A DNA stretch of 64,000 nucleotides from a virus. Of this stretch, positions 10,190 to 19,517 are shown piece after piece; positions within the stretch are counted from its first letter, which is position 1, and every line of letters starts with the position of its first letter. The position numbers and the translations under genes were made by a program. The notes below the pieces were generated by a model. The model saw only the letters and a list, made by a program, of their open reading frames with translations, was not told where the DNA came from and did no database searches. The DNA is taken from positions 1 to 64,000 of the IMG/VR virus record IMGVR_UViG_3300021962_000025; one strand, 5' to 3'.

Positions 10190-11745
10190 TGGGTTTACCA
10201 AACATAGCATTACATAGTCATCATAACGCATCGGTAGCGGTAGAGTTAGATGGGGATATAGTAACAGTAATAGAATTAGAGAGATTTATAAATTTAAAAA
10301 ACGCAAGTCATTGTTTTTTTAAACCTATTCACGTTCAGGATGTTATTTTAGGTGAAGTTTATGAGTACCTAAGACTCACACATGGATTTACCAAATATGA
10401 TAAATTTATTATTAGTCAGGGGTTTGCGGAGGTTCCGCAAGAGTGGAGAGATCAAATACCGGCCAATGAGTATTTGGTTGATGACCGACATCACCCCGCA
10501 CACGCGGCATCTAGTTTCTACCAATCACCACATCACGAATCACTAATTATTTCATTTGATGGGGGATCCAATGATGGGTGGTTTAATCTTTACCATGGTA
10601 TAAAAGGTGAAGAATTAAAAACAGTTACGAGTTTCGGTATCGATTTAGGGAGTCATTACCACGTTATTGGGTCCGTTTGTGAGGATATTAAGAATTATGA
10701 TGAACTAACGGCCGCGGGTAAAGTATTAGGTCTACAATCTTATGGTAATATTAGATATGAATGGGTCGATTATATAACTGAATTGTTTAAACATGTTCCT
10801 TATTGGCACGACTTAGAATCAAGACTCTTAAAATTGTCTAACCAAATGGGTGTGACATTCTCAAAAGAGAATAAATTGTCAGGACAAATACAATATGATT
10901 TAGCTAGAACCGCACAACACGTATTTGAAACAATATTTTTTGATTCTGTGGATACGTGGGTAAAACAATATAACCTACCTATAGTTTTGACGGGTGGGTG
11001 TGCATTAAACATCACACTTAATACGAGGGTTAAGGAGAGATACCCACATTTAGACGTTTTCGTGGCACCTAATTCAAGTGACTGTGGATTGACCGTTGGT
11101 ACATTATGTAATTTAGTTAAACCCACGAAAACCATTGATATTACATACAAAGGTGTGGGGGTTTTAGATCGATCACTCTTAATGGAGTATGTTAACACTT
11201 ACAATGCTAGAAAGGTAAATGTTGATGCGATTGTACAGGACTTAATTAATCAAAGGATATTGGGACTTATACAGGGTAATTCAGAGCATGGTCCGAGGGC
11301 TTTAGGTAATAGGAGTATACTTTGTTCACCGATACCTTTAGACATGAAAGATACTTTAAACCATAAAGTAAAACATAGGGAGTGGTTTAGACCTTTTGCC
11401 CCGATTGTTAGGGTGGAGGATGTGTCAGAATATTTTGAGTGGGAAGGTGAGAGTAGGTGGATGAATTTCTGTCCTATGGTGAAGAGTGAGTGGAGGGATC
11501 GTCTACCCGCAATTACTCACGTAGATGGAACTGCAAGAGTACAAACAGTGACTAAAGATCAGAATCCACTTATATATGAAATACTAACTCAATTTAAAGA
11601 GAAGACGGGAGTTGGTGTATTGGTTAACACCTCATTTAATGTTGATCGTAAACCAATTTTATCATCATATAAAGACGCATTAAAGGTCTTTCATGAAACC
11701 CAATTAGATAGATTGTATTTAGACGGTTATTACTTCGTTAAATAA
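10189..11745 (+). CDS. O-carbamoyltransferase (NodU/CmcH/TobZ family)
   Basis: 'HNASVA','HHPAHAASSF','FDGG','AGKVLGL','LTGGCALN','EHGPRALGNRSIL','KHREWFRPFAP','HVDGTARVQTV','NTSFN'. Confidence 0.95.
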   Translation: MGLPNIALHSHHNASVAVELDGDIVTVIELERFINLKNASHCFFKPIHVQDVILGEVYEYLRLTHGFTKYDKFIISQGFAEVPQEWRDQIPANEYLVDDRHHPAHAASSFYQSPHHESLIISFDGGSNDGWFNLYHGIKGEELKTVTSFGIDLGSHYHVIGSVCEDIKNYDELTAAGKVLGLQSYGNIRYEWVDYITELFKHVPYWHDLESRLLKLSNQMGVTFSKENKLSGQIQYDLARTAQHVFETIFFDSVDTWVKQYNLPIVLTGGCALNITLNTRVKERYPHLDVFVAPNSSDCGLTVGTLCNLVKPTKTIDITYKGVGVLDRSLLMEYVNTYNARKVNVDAIVQDLINQRILGLIQGNSEHGPRALGNRSILCSPIPLDMKDTLNHKVKHREWFRPFAPIVRVEDVSEYFEWEGESRWMNFCPMVKSEWRDRLPAITHVDGTARVQTVTKDQNPLIYEILTQFKEKTGVGVLVNTSFNVDRKPILSSYKDALKVFHETQLDRLYLDGYYFVK

Positions 11746-11746
11746 A

Positions 11747-11781
11747 AAAAACCCTCTTACTTGGAGGGTTTTCCTTTTTTT
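11747..11781 (+). terminator. probable terminator after glycan operon
   Basis: AAAACCCTC...GAGGGTTTT plus T-rich tail. Confidence 0.55.
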
Positions 11782-11897
11782 GGGGATTGGAGACCTTTTT
11801 TTGTTTCCCCTACTTTTACATAATGGGTTTTGGTTGCTTCCTTATGTTTCTCAAGAATTTTCTTCTTTTCTTCGTCGGACATTCCAAATACTGACAT
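11757..11897 (-). CDS. small basic protein not in ORF track (MSVFGMSDEEKKILEKHKEATK..., 46 aa)
   Basis: Hand-translated; directly follows ORF 11901-12185 on the same strand. Confidence 0.5.
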   Translation of the reverse strand: MSVFGMSDEEKKKILEKHKEATKTHYVKVGETKKGLQSPKKGKPSK

Positions 11898-11900
11898 AAT

Positions 11901-12185
11901 TTATCTATTTAAAATTTTTATTGATTGTTGTTTTTTATCTATAAGTAAAGAACAATTTTCATATTGTTCTCTTTCTTCATATATCTTAATCAATTCATCA
12001 ACTATCTCAACATACAACTCTAAATCAGAACCATATGTAAGAATTGTCTTTGATTCATTATAATAATTTAAAATGACATTGTCAACGCTTGTTATGAAAT
12101 TATAGATCATCTCTAACTCATCTTCGTCGTAATTACCTATATTTAATATTCTTGTTGTTTGTAAAAGAAAATTAATTTTTAACAC
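11901..12185 (-). CDS. hypothetical protein with UVR-like C-terminal helix
   Basis: 'YEEREQYENCSLL'. Confidence 0.55.
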   Translation of the reverse strand: MLKINFLLQTTRILNIGNYDEDELEMIYNFITSVDNVILNYYNESKTILTYGSDLELYVEIVDELIKIYEEREQYENCSLLIDKKQQSIKILNR

Positions 12186-12516
12186 CGTCTTTTAGTTCTA
12201 TAGTCATTTGGTTATTTAAGACTCTAAAACATTCCATAAAACCGTCTAATTCGATCTCCTCCCTACTATTTCTTGACGATTGTTGTGGACATATAACCCT
12301 CCCATCACCTAATGTGATAATGTAAAGCCATTGATTAGGTCCGAACCTCTCTACTGTCAAATATACCTTTTCTTTATCGAAGAAATAGTAAAGTTTCTTC
12401 GACTCAAACAGATATAGTGTGGAAAGTCCAATCACACCCACATATGGAAACATTACCTCAACAAACCTTTGGTATGCTTGAGGGTAAACGATTTTTATTT
12501 TCTTCCAGTTTATCAT
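12172..12516 (-). CDS. hypothetical protein
   Basis: ORF in operon context. Confidence 0.55.
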   Translation of the reverse strand: MINWKKIKIVYPQAYQRFVEVMFPYVGVIGLSTLYLFESKKLYYFFDKEKVYLTVERFGPNQWLYIITLGDGRVICPQQSSRNSREEIELDGFMECFRVLNNQMTIELKDGVKN

Positions 12517-12559
12517 ACTATAATATACAAATTTATGTTTTGATTGTATATTTATTAAT

Positions 12560-13198
12560 ATGAAAATTAAACTGACAGAGTCTCAATTAATAAATATCAT
12601 CAAGGAAGAGGATATTTCATCTGTCGACGCATTTGGTAAACTATTAGATAAGATCGCATTTTTATCTACAGACGCCGATGCCCCTATGTCCGATGAAGAC
12701 AAAGAAACATTTCTTGATCTTCTCGATAATGGTCAGATAAACCCAAACTTCGACCCTGAGTCCGCATCTCCCGAGAGTTTTAAACAAATAGACATGCTTC
12801 CTTTAGTTGATACTAAAGTGAATAGTCCTTATGGTCCGAGGAGTATCGGTGGGGGTGCTAGTAAGAATCATGGTGGTGTAGATTTAAGTGCTAAATCAGG
12901 AACTGAAGTTTATAGTGTTGCTAATGGGACTGTGGAGGCCGCTAAAGATACAACACCGAATGGGTGTGGGGGATTTGTCAAAATAAACCACGGGGAATAC
13001 CAAACAAAATACTGTCACCTTAAAAAATGGTCGGTAAAAGAGGGGGATTCGGTGGTTAAAGGTCAGCTTATTGGTTGGTCGGGTGGTGCATCAAATGACC
13101 CATTTAAAGGTAATTCTATGGGGGCTCACTTACACTATGAAGTTTTGCGAAACGGTAAAAACATTAACCCCGCAAACGTTCACGACGAATTGGCATAA
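12560..13198 (+). CDS. M23-family metallopeptidase (peptidoglycan endopeptidase), probably virion-associated
   Basis: HGGVD (HxxxD), 'TKYCHL', 'V.KGQLIG', 'GAHLHYEV' (HxH); N-terminal MKIKLTESQL. Confidence 0.92.
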   Translation: MKIKLTESQLINIIKEEDISSVDAFGKLLDKIAFLSTDADAPMSDEDKETFLDLLDNGQINPNFDPESASPESFKQIDMLPLVDTKVNSPYGPRSIGGGASKNHGGVDLSAKSGTEVYSVANGTVEAAKDTTPNGCGGFVKINHGEYQTKYCHLKKWSVKEGDSVVKGQLIGWSGGASNDPFKGNSMGAHLHYEVLRNGKNINPANVHDELA

Positions 13199-13245
13199 AC
13201 TTTTGTATAAATTCCTATAATTATAGTTGTTCACACTATAATATT

Positions 13246-13482
13246 ATGGAAATAATTGATTTTTATTATGACGAAGACGAACAAAAATTAGATGTTCGTT
13301 TCACCACCGATCCCGAAAGTGATTTTTATAGAACAGTTTCTCTAACCTTAGAAGATATACTTTACTATACCCCAATAATAATAGATGAAGAAGATCTGTT
13401 AGATTTAGAAGAAGATTTTATTATTGAATTGTTGGTAGAATACTATAGGGAAAACGATTTACCCGAAGAGGAACTATTCTAA
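13246..13482 (+). CDS. small highly acidic hypothetical protein
   Basis: ORF; about one third D/E. Confidence 0.55.
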   Translation: MEIIDFYYDEDEQKLDVRFTTDPESDFYRTVSLTLEDILYYTPIIIDEEDLLDLEEDFIIELLVEYYRENDLPEEELF

Positions 13483-13483
13483 C

Positions 13484-14074
13484 TTACTCTCCCTTAGTTG
13501 CGTACTTGACACCCATTATTGTGCCGATAATACTAAATGAGTTGGTTAATAAGATACCAAACAAGTTGGACCACGTTGATTCCACAATTGCGGATTCCTT
13601 ACCAGTAATCAGGGTGTACCAAAATAAACATGTGGTTAATAGTCCAACCCCTATAATAACATAAAGGGCGACTTTAACTATTTTACCCATTAATTCAAAT
13701 TGGGTTCGTTTTTGTAAGCTGTCTAAATCTTCTAACGCTCCGTCTCTTAGTTTTTCAGCCTCATCCCTTAAGATTTCCGCATTTTTTCTGGCTAATTCAG
13801 TTGTGTGTAACGATTCTTTTAATTCTTCATTGATTCTCTTATTCTCTTTATTTAAGATAACCAATTCGTTATTTTGACTTTGTACTTGTTTAGTGATTTC
13901 TAATCTCTTTCTGCGAGATTCGTTATCACGTTTTTTACATTGGTCTATGTATTCTTTAAAATCGGCATCGTCATCATCGGGGACAATTAATTTTATAATA
14001 TTACCTTCTAGAAATACTTTCTTTTCTTTAGATAATTTAATAAGTGAATCCCTATCTGATTTGGATAATTTCAT
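13484..14074 (-). CDS. coiled-coil protein with two C-terminal TM helices
   Basis: Heptad-rich centre; hydrophobic 'VALYVIIGVGLLTTCLFWY' and 'LFGILLTNSFSIIGTIMGV'. Confidence 0.75.
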   Translation of the reverse strand: MKLSKSDRDSLIKLSKEKKVFLEGNIIKLIVPDDDDADFKEYIDQCKKRDNESRRKRLEITKQVQSQNNELVILNKENKRINEELKESLHTTELARKNAEILRDEAEKLRDGALEDLDSLQKRTQFELMGKIVKVALYVIIGVGLLTTCLFWYTLITGKESAIVESTWSNLFGILLTNSFSIIGTIMGVKYATKGE

Positions 14075-14081
14075 TAGTTAA

Positions 14082-14519
14082 TTATTTGTAGATCTTGAAT
14101 GGTGCGGTTTTGTTTTTGTACCCATCATAATCTTTTTTAAATTCTTCTAAACGAGGTTCGATATCGTCTGATTTTATAATCCAAAATTGAGCACCTACCT
14201 CTTTAGCTTTAACAATTTCTAATTCATCTTGTGAAGAAGATATGATTCCAATAACACAACCATTACCATACTCGGTGTTTATTTTTCGTATCATCTCAAT
14301 ACCGTCGAAGGTAGAGCCAATGATGTTTAAGTCAACAAATACACATTCGGGACGCTCGTGGTTCGGGTCGTCTGGAAACCACTTTTTAAATAATTTATCG
14401 GCCTCATCAGAGGAATCGATTGCCTCAATTGATAATGCCATGTCCAATAAAGAACATGCATCTTCAAATACTAAATGAAATAGATTCTCATCATCAATTA
14501 ACATTAGTGTATCTATCAT
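14082..14519 (-). CDS. single-domain response regulator (CheY-like receiver)
   Basis: LMLIDD acidic pocket, VFVDLN phospho-Asp, ISSS, IIKS Lys; no output domain. Confidence 0.88.
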   Translation of the reverse strand: MIDTLMLIDDENLFHLVFEDACSLLDMALSIEAIDSSDEADKLFKKWFPDDPNHERPECVFVDLNIIGSTFDGIEMIRKINTEYGNGCVIGIISSSQDELEIVKAKEVGAQFWIIKSDDIEPRLEEFKKDYDGYKNKTAPFKIYK

Positions 14520-14527
14520 GGTTTTTT

Positions 14528-15796
14528 TTAATTTATTTTTATTTTTATTTTAGTTCCATTTTCAGTTTTTTCCGCCTCAACACTAAAACCATGTTCCTTC
14601 AAGATTTCGATACAGATATTTAAACCTAATCCCGTACCCTCCTCTTTTTGGTTTTGTCTTCTAGTATATGGTTTGGATAGATAGATGAACTCTTCATTGG
14701 TGAGTCCCCTACCATTATCTTCTATAATTATCTCTTTATTCCCTTCTTCACTAACAACTAAATAAATTTTTACCCACTTTGTTGATGAATCGTTATACTT
14801 AAGTCCATTTCTAATTAAATTATCAATGGCGGTACAAAAAAGGGCTTCGTTCACCTCTATAGATTCAGGTAAATTATTATCTAAATGTACTTGATTAGAG
14901 TATGCGGTTAATTTCAAATATTCAGAAAGTATGTTCTTTACATTACAATTAGATTTTGACATTTGGGCATTCTGTTTTACTAAATTTGTAAACTCGTACA
15001 CCCCCGCATAAACCTTTCTTGCGTGTGACAATCCATCTTCTATTAGTTTTAATGGGGACCCAATCTTTAAAGATAAAATCTGTTCTTCGGTTAATCTTCT
15101 TTTTAGTGAAGTTATACCTCTAGGTATGTATGTGTTGATTCCTGAGTGCATGTCATGCCGAATGATCTTCGACGCGTGTTCTAAATAAACCGATTTTTGT
15201 TGGACTTTCATCTCAGCCTCGTGTTGTTGTGTAACATCTGTGGCTATTTTTAAAACTGCGTCATAAACTCCTTCTTTGTTTTTTATAGGAGTATAATTAC
15301 CAAACAACCAAACACTTTTTCCGTCCTTACCTACTCTTTCAAATTCACCACTTACGTTAATACCACTTTTTAATTGATCCCAAAATTCAATATACTCTAT
15401 ACTATTTTTATATTTTTCACTAACTAATTTACTATGGTGTTGCCCAATTAATTCGGACTCAAGATAACCAATAGAATTACAAAAGTTTTTATTCGCAGAT
15501 ATAAGTTTACCTGACATATCTAGTTTAACCACTAAGTTTGCCGTGTCTATCGCATCTAATTGGATATTAATATTTTCTTCTTTTTGTTTTGTTATCTTTA
15601 AGAAGTCTTTTACAACATAAAAAAATGGGGGCATAAAGGCAATTACCGATAACCATTCAAAGTAGTGAGTAAATGTTGAGTGGTGGATGTATCTAAAAAC
15701 AACTAAAGTTTTAAATACAAAAAAGGTAATCATGATGGTCGCAGCAACTATTAAACACATTCCCGCGGCTTTTGATATGCTTAATGACCTAACCAT
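14528..15796 (-). CDS. membrane-anchored PAS/PAC sensor histidine kinase
   Basis: 2 TM; PAS 'ISANKNFCNSIGY..SELIGQHH', PAC 'KDGKSVWL..NYTPI...KIATDVT'; H-box 'RHDMHS', N-box 'NLIRNGLKYN', G1 'EDNGRG', G2 'GTGLGL'. Confidence 0.93.
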   Translation of the reverse strand: MVRSLSISKAAGMCLIVAATIMITFFVFKTLVVFRYIHHSTFTHYFEWLSVIAFMPPFFYVVKDFLKITKQKEENINIQLDAIDTANLVVKLDMSGKLISANKNFCNSIGYLESELIGQHHSKLVSEKYKNSIEYIEFWDQLKSGINVSGEFERVGKDGKSVWLFGNYTPIKNKEGVYDAVLKIATDVTQQHEAEMKVQQKSVYLEHASKIIRHDMHSGINTYIPRGITSLKRRLTEEQILSLKIGSPLKLIEDGLSHARKVYAGVYEFTNLVKQNAQMSKSNCNVKNILSEYLKLTAYSNQVHLDNNLPESIEVNEALFCTAIDNLIRNGLKYNDSSTKWVKIYLVVSEEGNKEIIIEDNGRGLTNEEFIYLSKPYTRRQNQKEEGTGLGLNICIEILKEHGFSVEAEKTENGTKIKIKIN

Positions 15797-15984
15797 TACA
15801 GTTCTGATTTACCTAAACCTAATTTTTCGAATACCCATTTTGATGGGCAGAACTTAGTCCACACCCCGATATTCAACATAACAATAACGAATACTACGAT
15901 CCACCATTCATTTAATAATAATCCTGTGAGCAATACCAATGACATTAAGAGGTATACCGCTCGTATTGAAGTCCATTTTTTCAT
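15796..15984 (-). CDS. small membrane protein, DUF2892/YgaP-like
   Basis: Two hydrophobic helices and 'WTKFCP...LG' motif. Confidence 0.65.
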   Translation of the reverse strand: MKKWTSIRAVYLLMSLVLLTGLLLNEWWIVVFVIVMLNIGVWTKFCPSKWVFEKLGLGKSEL

Positions 15985-15996
15985 AGTTTTTTTTTA

Positions 15997-16125
15997 TTAG
16001 ATCATTGAAATTGTTTGAAAAAAGGCAACGACTAATCTTATCCAAAACCTACGATACCATTTTAATTCTTTAAACTTAGGGTCGTTAAACATATCTTCGG
16101 GGGTGTCGTATACTTTATATTCCAT
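15997..16125 (-). CDS. 42-aa protein not in ORF track (MEYKVYDTPEDMFNDPKFKELKWYRRFWIRLVVAFFQTISMI)
   Basis: Hand-translated; first gene downstream of TATTTAT at 16143-16149, leading the kinase operon. Confidence 0.55.
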   Translation of the reverse strand: MEYKVYDTPEDMFNDPKFKELKWYRRFWIRLVVAFFQTISMI

Positions 16126-16207
16126 AACATATTAATTTATATATAAATATTGGGTCATATAGTAAATGGGGTCGCAACAATTATCCTTTTGTGGGATATT
16201 TATGTGT

Positions 16208-16579
16208 ATGAGTTTTTTAGATAAGAATAAACAGAGTAAAATTGTGGAGTTCGTTAAGTTCGTAAAGAACGAATTGGGACTTAAAAAAACCCCCACCATT
16301 AAACTATTAAATGGTAGGGGCGATCTTAAGACAACGGCACATTACAACTACTCAAACCCTGAAAAAATCATCAAGGTGAATGCAAAAAATCGTCACATAG
16401 TTGATGTGATGAGAAGTATTGCCCATGAAATGGTTCACCACAAACAATGGGAAGACGGAAAATTGGATGGACCCAAGCCACCGGACATTGGTGGTGAAAT
16501 AGAAGACGAGGCGAATGCTAAAGCGGGTCAGTTCATTAAATTGTTTTCCAAGGAGGATTCAACAATTTATGACGAGTGA
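16208..16579 (+). CDS. HExxH zinc-metalloprotease-like protein
   Basis: 'SIAHEMVHHKQ' and downstream 'EDEANAKAG'; start reassigned to ATG 4 nt after TATTTAT. Confidence 0.7.
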   Translation: MSFLDKNKQSKIVEFVKFVKNELGLKKTPTIKLLNGRGDLKTTAHYNYSNPEKIIKVNAKNRHIVDVMRSIAHEMVHHKQWEDGKLDGPKPPDIGGEIEDEANAKAGQFIKLFSKEDSTIYDE

Positions 16580-16950
16580 TTTTTATTAATCACTCTATTA
16601 ATCTCATCGTAAATCCTTAGAGTTAGTTCTTCGTACCCCCGATCAAATTTAAACTTATCCTGATGAACTTTACACGAATGTATTATCGTGGCGTGGTCTC
16701 TGTCTAATATACTTCCTGTTTGGGAGTATGTATACCCAAATTTGTATCTCATTATATAAGAGAATATTTGTCTCGAATCTACAATTCGACTAAATCGTTG
16801 TTTAGAGGTAATCTCATTTATAGTAACGTCAGATTCTTCACAAACAATCCTTAAAATATCTAATGGAGATATGGGTAGTTTTTTGGACATTCTACTGCGT
16901 ATTCTTAAGTTCGGATCAATACCGGGATAAATGTAGGGACTTAGTTTCAT
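16567..16950 (-). CDS. stand-alone DnaA C-terminal (domain IV) DNA-binding domain protein
   Basis: 'ITSKQRFSRIVDSRQIFSYIMR...SQTGSILDRDHATIIHSCK' matches DnaA domain IV signature (RQIAMYL...IG..F.RDHTTV.HA). Confidence 0.82.
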   Translation of the reverse strand: MKLSPYIYPGIDPNLRIRSRMSKKLPISPLDILRIVCEESDVTINEITSKQRFSRIVDSRQIFSYIMRYKFGYTYSQTGSILDRDHATIIHSCKVHQDKFKFDRGYEELTLRIYDEINRVINKNHSS

Positions 16951-16951
16951 G

Positions 16952-17527
16952 TTAAAATCGATGTAGTTTAATCTCTAAATGGGACTCTATGGCTTTATCG
17001 TATTGGTTACCTCCCACCATAATGTTCGTGTAAAACACTTGGGAGGTTAGTGTAAGAACGTTAGAAGGCATTGCCCCATAGGTATCCAAACTAAACGTGT
17101 ATCTTGTCTTAGAACCTTCGTAATCGGTTTCTATGACAGTCGACTCTGTACAATATATACAAGGAAACCAAACATACATCTGTTCATTAGAAAGATCATC
17201 GGTAATTAGTAACATGTTATAGTCGAATTCCCACTTAGTTGTGGTGATATCGAATCTCCTATTAATCACAGTATTCTCAAAATCTTGGGAAAGAATGAGT
17301 TCATTGTTAGGGGTAACCCCTGTAACAATGAAATTACTAACCGCAGCTCTATCGTGGTCAAGTACCACAACATCACTATCGTAATTAACCTTATCTATCA
17401 CCACATTAATGTCAACGACATCCCACCTACCATTAAGATTTAATTGGGGGTTACTGGGTTGTTCATATACTTCACAACTAAAAAGAGAGTGAAGAAGTAT
17501 AAGTAAAACAAAAAGTGACTTTTTCAT
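16952..17527 (-). CDS. lipoprotein, lipocalin-like
   Basis: Lipobox LFSC; 'LNGRWDV' lipocalin-like GxW motif. Confidence 0.65.
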   Translation of the reverse strand: MKKSLFVLLILLHSLFSCEVYEQPSNPQLNLNGRWDVVDINVVIDKVNYDSDVVVLDHDRAAVSNFIVTGVTPNNELILSQDFENTVINRRFDITTTKWEFDYNMLLITDDLSNEQMYVWFPCIYCTESTVIETDYEGSKTRYTFSLDTYGAMPSNVLTLTSQVFYTNIMVGGNQYDKAIESHLEIKLHRF

Positions 17528-17670
17528 ATTCTAAAGTTTAAAGGTTTGCTCACATATGAAATCATTCATTTTTAACATTTGATTTCTAATGTGTAGTTTT
17601 TTCCTACAGTTCGGTCCACACGTTTTTTTATTTGAGTAACCTTCTATTGGTTTACTACAGATAACGCATT

Positions 17671-17892
17671 TCATCTTTTATTCTTTTTACGTTTCTTTTT
17701 TTTCTTGGGTTCCCCGTAGTATGGGTTATTTGGTCCGTATTTGTTTTGTTTTGTGTTCTTATAGTAAGGTACTGCGACAGACTTAGGTATACCAACTCTG
17801 TTCTTGTATACTCTGGGACAGTGATAACACGCACAAGAGGTAAACACGAAACTAACAAGAATGATTAAAATTCCACTAATATTCCTTTTCAT
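17671..17892 (-). CDS. small basic lipoprotein
   Basis: MKRNISGILIILVSFVFTSC lipobox; start reassigned downstream of promoter 17897-17928. Confidence 0.55.
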   Translation of the reverse strand: MKRNISGILIILVSFVFTSCACYHCPRVYKNRVGIPKSVAVPYYKNTKQNKYGPNNPYYGEPKKKKKRKKNKR

Positions 17893-17896
17893 AATA

Positions 17897-17928
17897 CAAA
17901 TATAGGTATTTTTTTGATATCCATACAA
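17897..17928 (-). promoter_or_regulatory. Bacteroidota promoter TTG-N21-TATATTTG
   Basis: Full TAnnTTTG -7 consensus. Confidence 0.65.
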
Positions 17929-17960
17929 AATTCAAAAATTATTTTGGATATTTATATATT

Positions 17961-18191
17961 ATGAAAATAATGGTATCCGAAAAACAGTTAATATCCGTAC
18001 TTAGAAGACAATCGGAAATGAGGGAACAAGAATCAGGTGGGGATACCCCAACTGACACCGGAATCCCCAAAATGTCTGATAGGGTTGGTCGTGATGGACC
18101 GGCAAACCAAATAGGTTTGACTAAATGGGAAACTATCGTAGGATCTAAGGTTAGTAGGGGTCCCGCTAATCCCTTATGGAAAAAATCGTAA
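17961..18191 (+). CDS. late hypothetical protein (MKIMVSEKQL leader)
   Basis: TATTTAT 5 nt upstream of ATG. Confidence 0.65.
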   Translation: MKIMVSEKQLISVLRRQSEMREQESGGDTPTDTGIPKMSDRVGRDGPANQIGLTKWETIVGSKVSRGPANPLWKKS

Positions 18192-19486
18192 AAATGGTAG
18201 TACAAAGAAGTTTAATACTAGAGAGACATAATCAATTAGTTAATTACAATGGTTATGCAACGGGTATGATACCCAAAATCGTTAATCAACCAAAGAGAAA
18301 CTATGTATTTGAGTGTCATTTAACTGTTGATGAGAGATATTTTGTTTTACATGACGAAGTCTTTGATATAAAAGAACAAACTACCTTAGGTAATATTTGG
18401 GACTCGATTGATAATTTTAAAACAATTTTTAAAAACGTCAATATTGATAATTCCGATTATAAACAAATACAAGAAGGTTGGGAATCATTACCTATTTTAG
18501 AGGGTGTTGGAAATTTACACGCAATTAGAGATTATCTGATTGAAGCGGATTTTTTCGGTAGTGTGTGGAACGGAATTAAAGATGTTGGGGGATGGGTCGC
18601 GGATAAAGTTGTTGATGCAGGTAAAGGAATTGCCCAATTCGCCAAAGATTCATGGGAAGGAGTTAAAAAAATTGGTATCGCAATATCTAAAGGTGATTGG
18701 TCTGAAATACTTAGTTTATTGGGTAAGGGTGTACTTTGGATACTTAGAAAACTTAAGAGTGCAGCATATAGTACGTTAGGTATTATTGTGGATGCAATCT
18801 TGGTTGCTACGGGTATCGGTAAAACCGCTCAAATAGTGGTGTGGGGGTTAATCACCGCATTGGATGTTTATCAGTTAATCAATAATGACTATCCGGCCGA
18901 GGATGCGAATAATCCTATGTGGTATAAAATATTAGAACTTGGTTTTGATATTTTAGGTTTGGTGAGTGCCGGTGTCGCTGCTAAGGGGGCAAGAGCATTC
19001 TTCAGTCCGTTTAAAGCTTTAAAACCAACTCAAATGGCAGCCAAAGTGGCTAAAAGTCCACGAATGAAGAGTTTTATAAAAAAGATATATGAAGCATCCA
19101 AAAGTGGTGCATCTAAAATGAAATCTATCCAAAAAACTGTTTCTTCTAAGTGGGGTGCCGGTGGAAGATTCATAGGTAATATTATGGGTGGTTTAGGAAA
19201 GTTCATTGGAAAACTACAAGAGTGGTGTGGTAAAGTTTTAGGTAGATCCAACCTAAAAGGAGTACAGAATGCGAAAGTTGCTAAGGGTGGTGTACAAACA
19301 GTTAAAACCGCTGGTGAATTTGCTAAGAGAGGAGGAAAGGCGGCGGCACTTGCCACTACCGTAACTTACGGTGCCGAAAAATTATTTGGTGGGGGCGAAA
19401 CCTCGGCCGATGATGCTAATGTTAACAACTTAGATGTTAGCGGTGTTGATTTCAGTAACGCCGAAATCGATCAAAATGAATTTTAA
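18176..19486 (+). CDS. hypothetical, probably virion-associated protein with Gly/Ala-rich amphipathic segments (start may be 18194)
   Basis: Long ORF in late operon. Confidence 0.7.
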   Translation: MEKIVKMVVQRSLILERHNQLVNYNGYATGMIPKIVNQPKRNYVFECHLTVDERYFVLHDEVFDIKEQTTLGNIWDSIDNFKTIFKNVNIDNSDYKQIQEGWESLPILEGVGNLHAIRDYLIEADFFGSVWNGIKDVGGWVADKVVDAGKGIAQFAKDSWEGVKKIGIAISKGDWSEILSLLGKGVLWILRKLKSAAYSTLGIIVDAILVATGIGKTAQIVVWGLITALDVYQLINNDYPAEDANNPMWYKILELGFDILGLVSAGVAAKGARAFFSPFKALKPTQMAAKVAKSPRMKSFIKKIYEASKSGASKMKSIQKTVSSKWGAGGRFIGNIMGGLGKFIGKLQEWCGKVLGRSNLKGVQNAKVAKGGVQTVKTAGEFAKRGGKAAALATTVTYGAEKLFGGGETSADDANVNNLDVSGVDFSNAEIDQNEF

Positions 19487-19517
19487 TAGGAATAAAATAT
19501 TTATATAAAAAAAGACA

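Noticed and set aside
15985-17960. Replication origin with DnaA boxes near the DnaA-domain gene
   Set aside because: No cluster of TTATNCACA boxes or iterons detected by eye.
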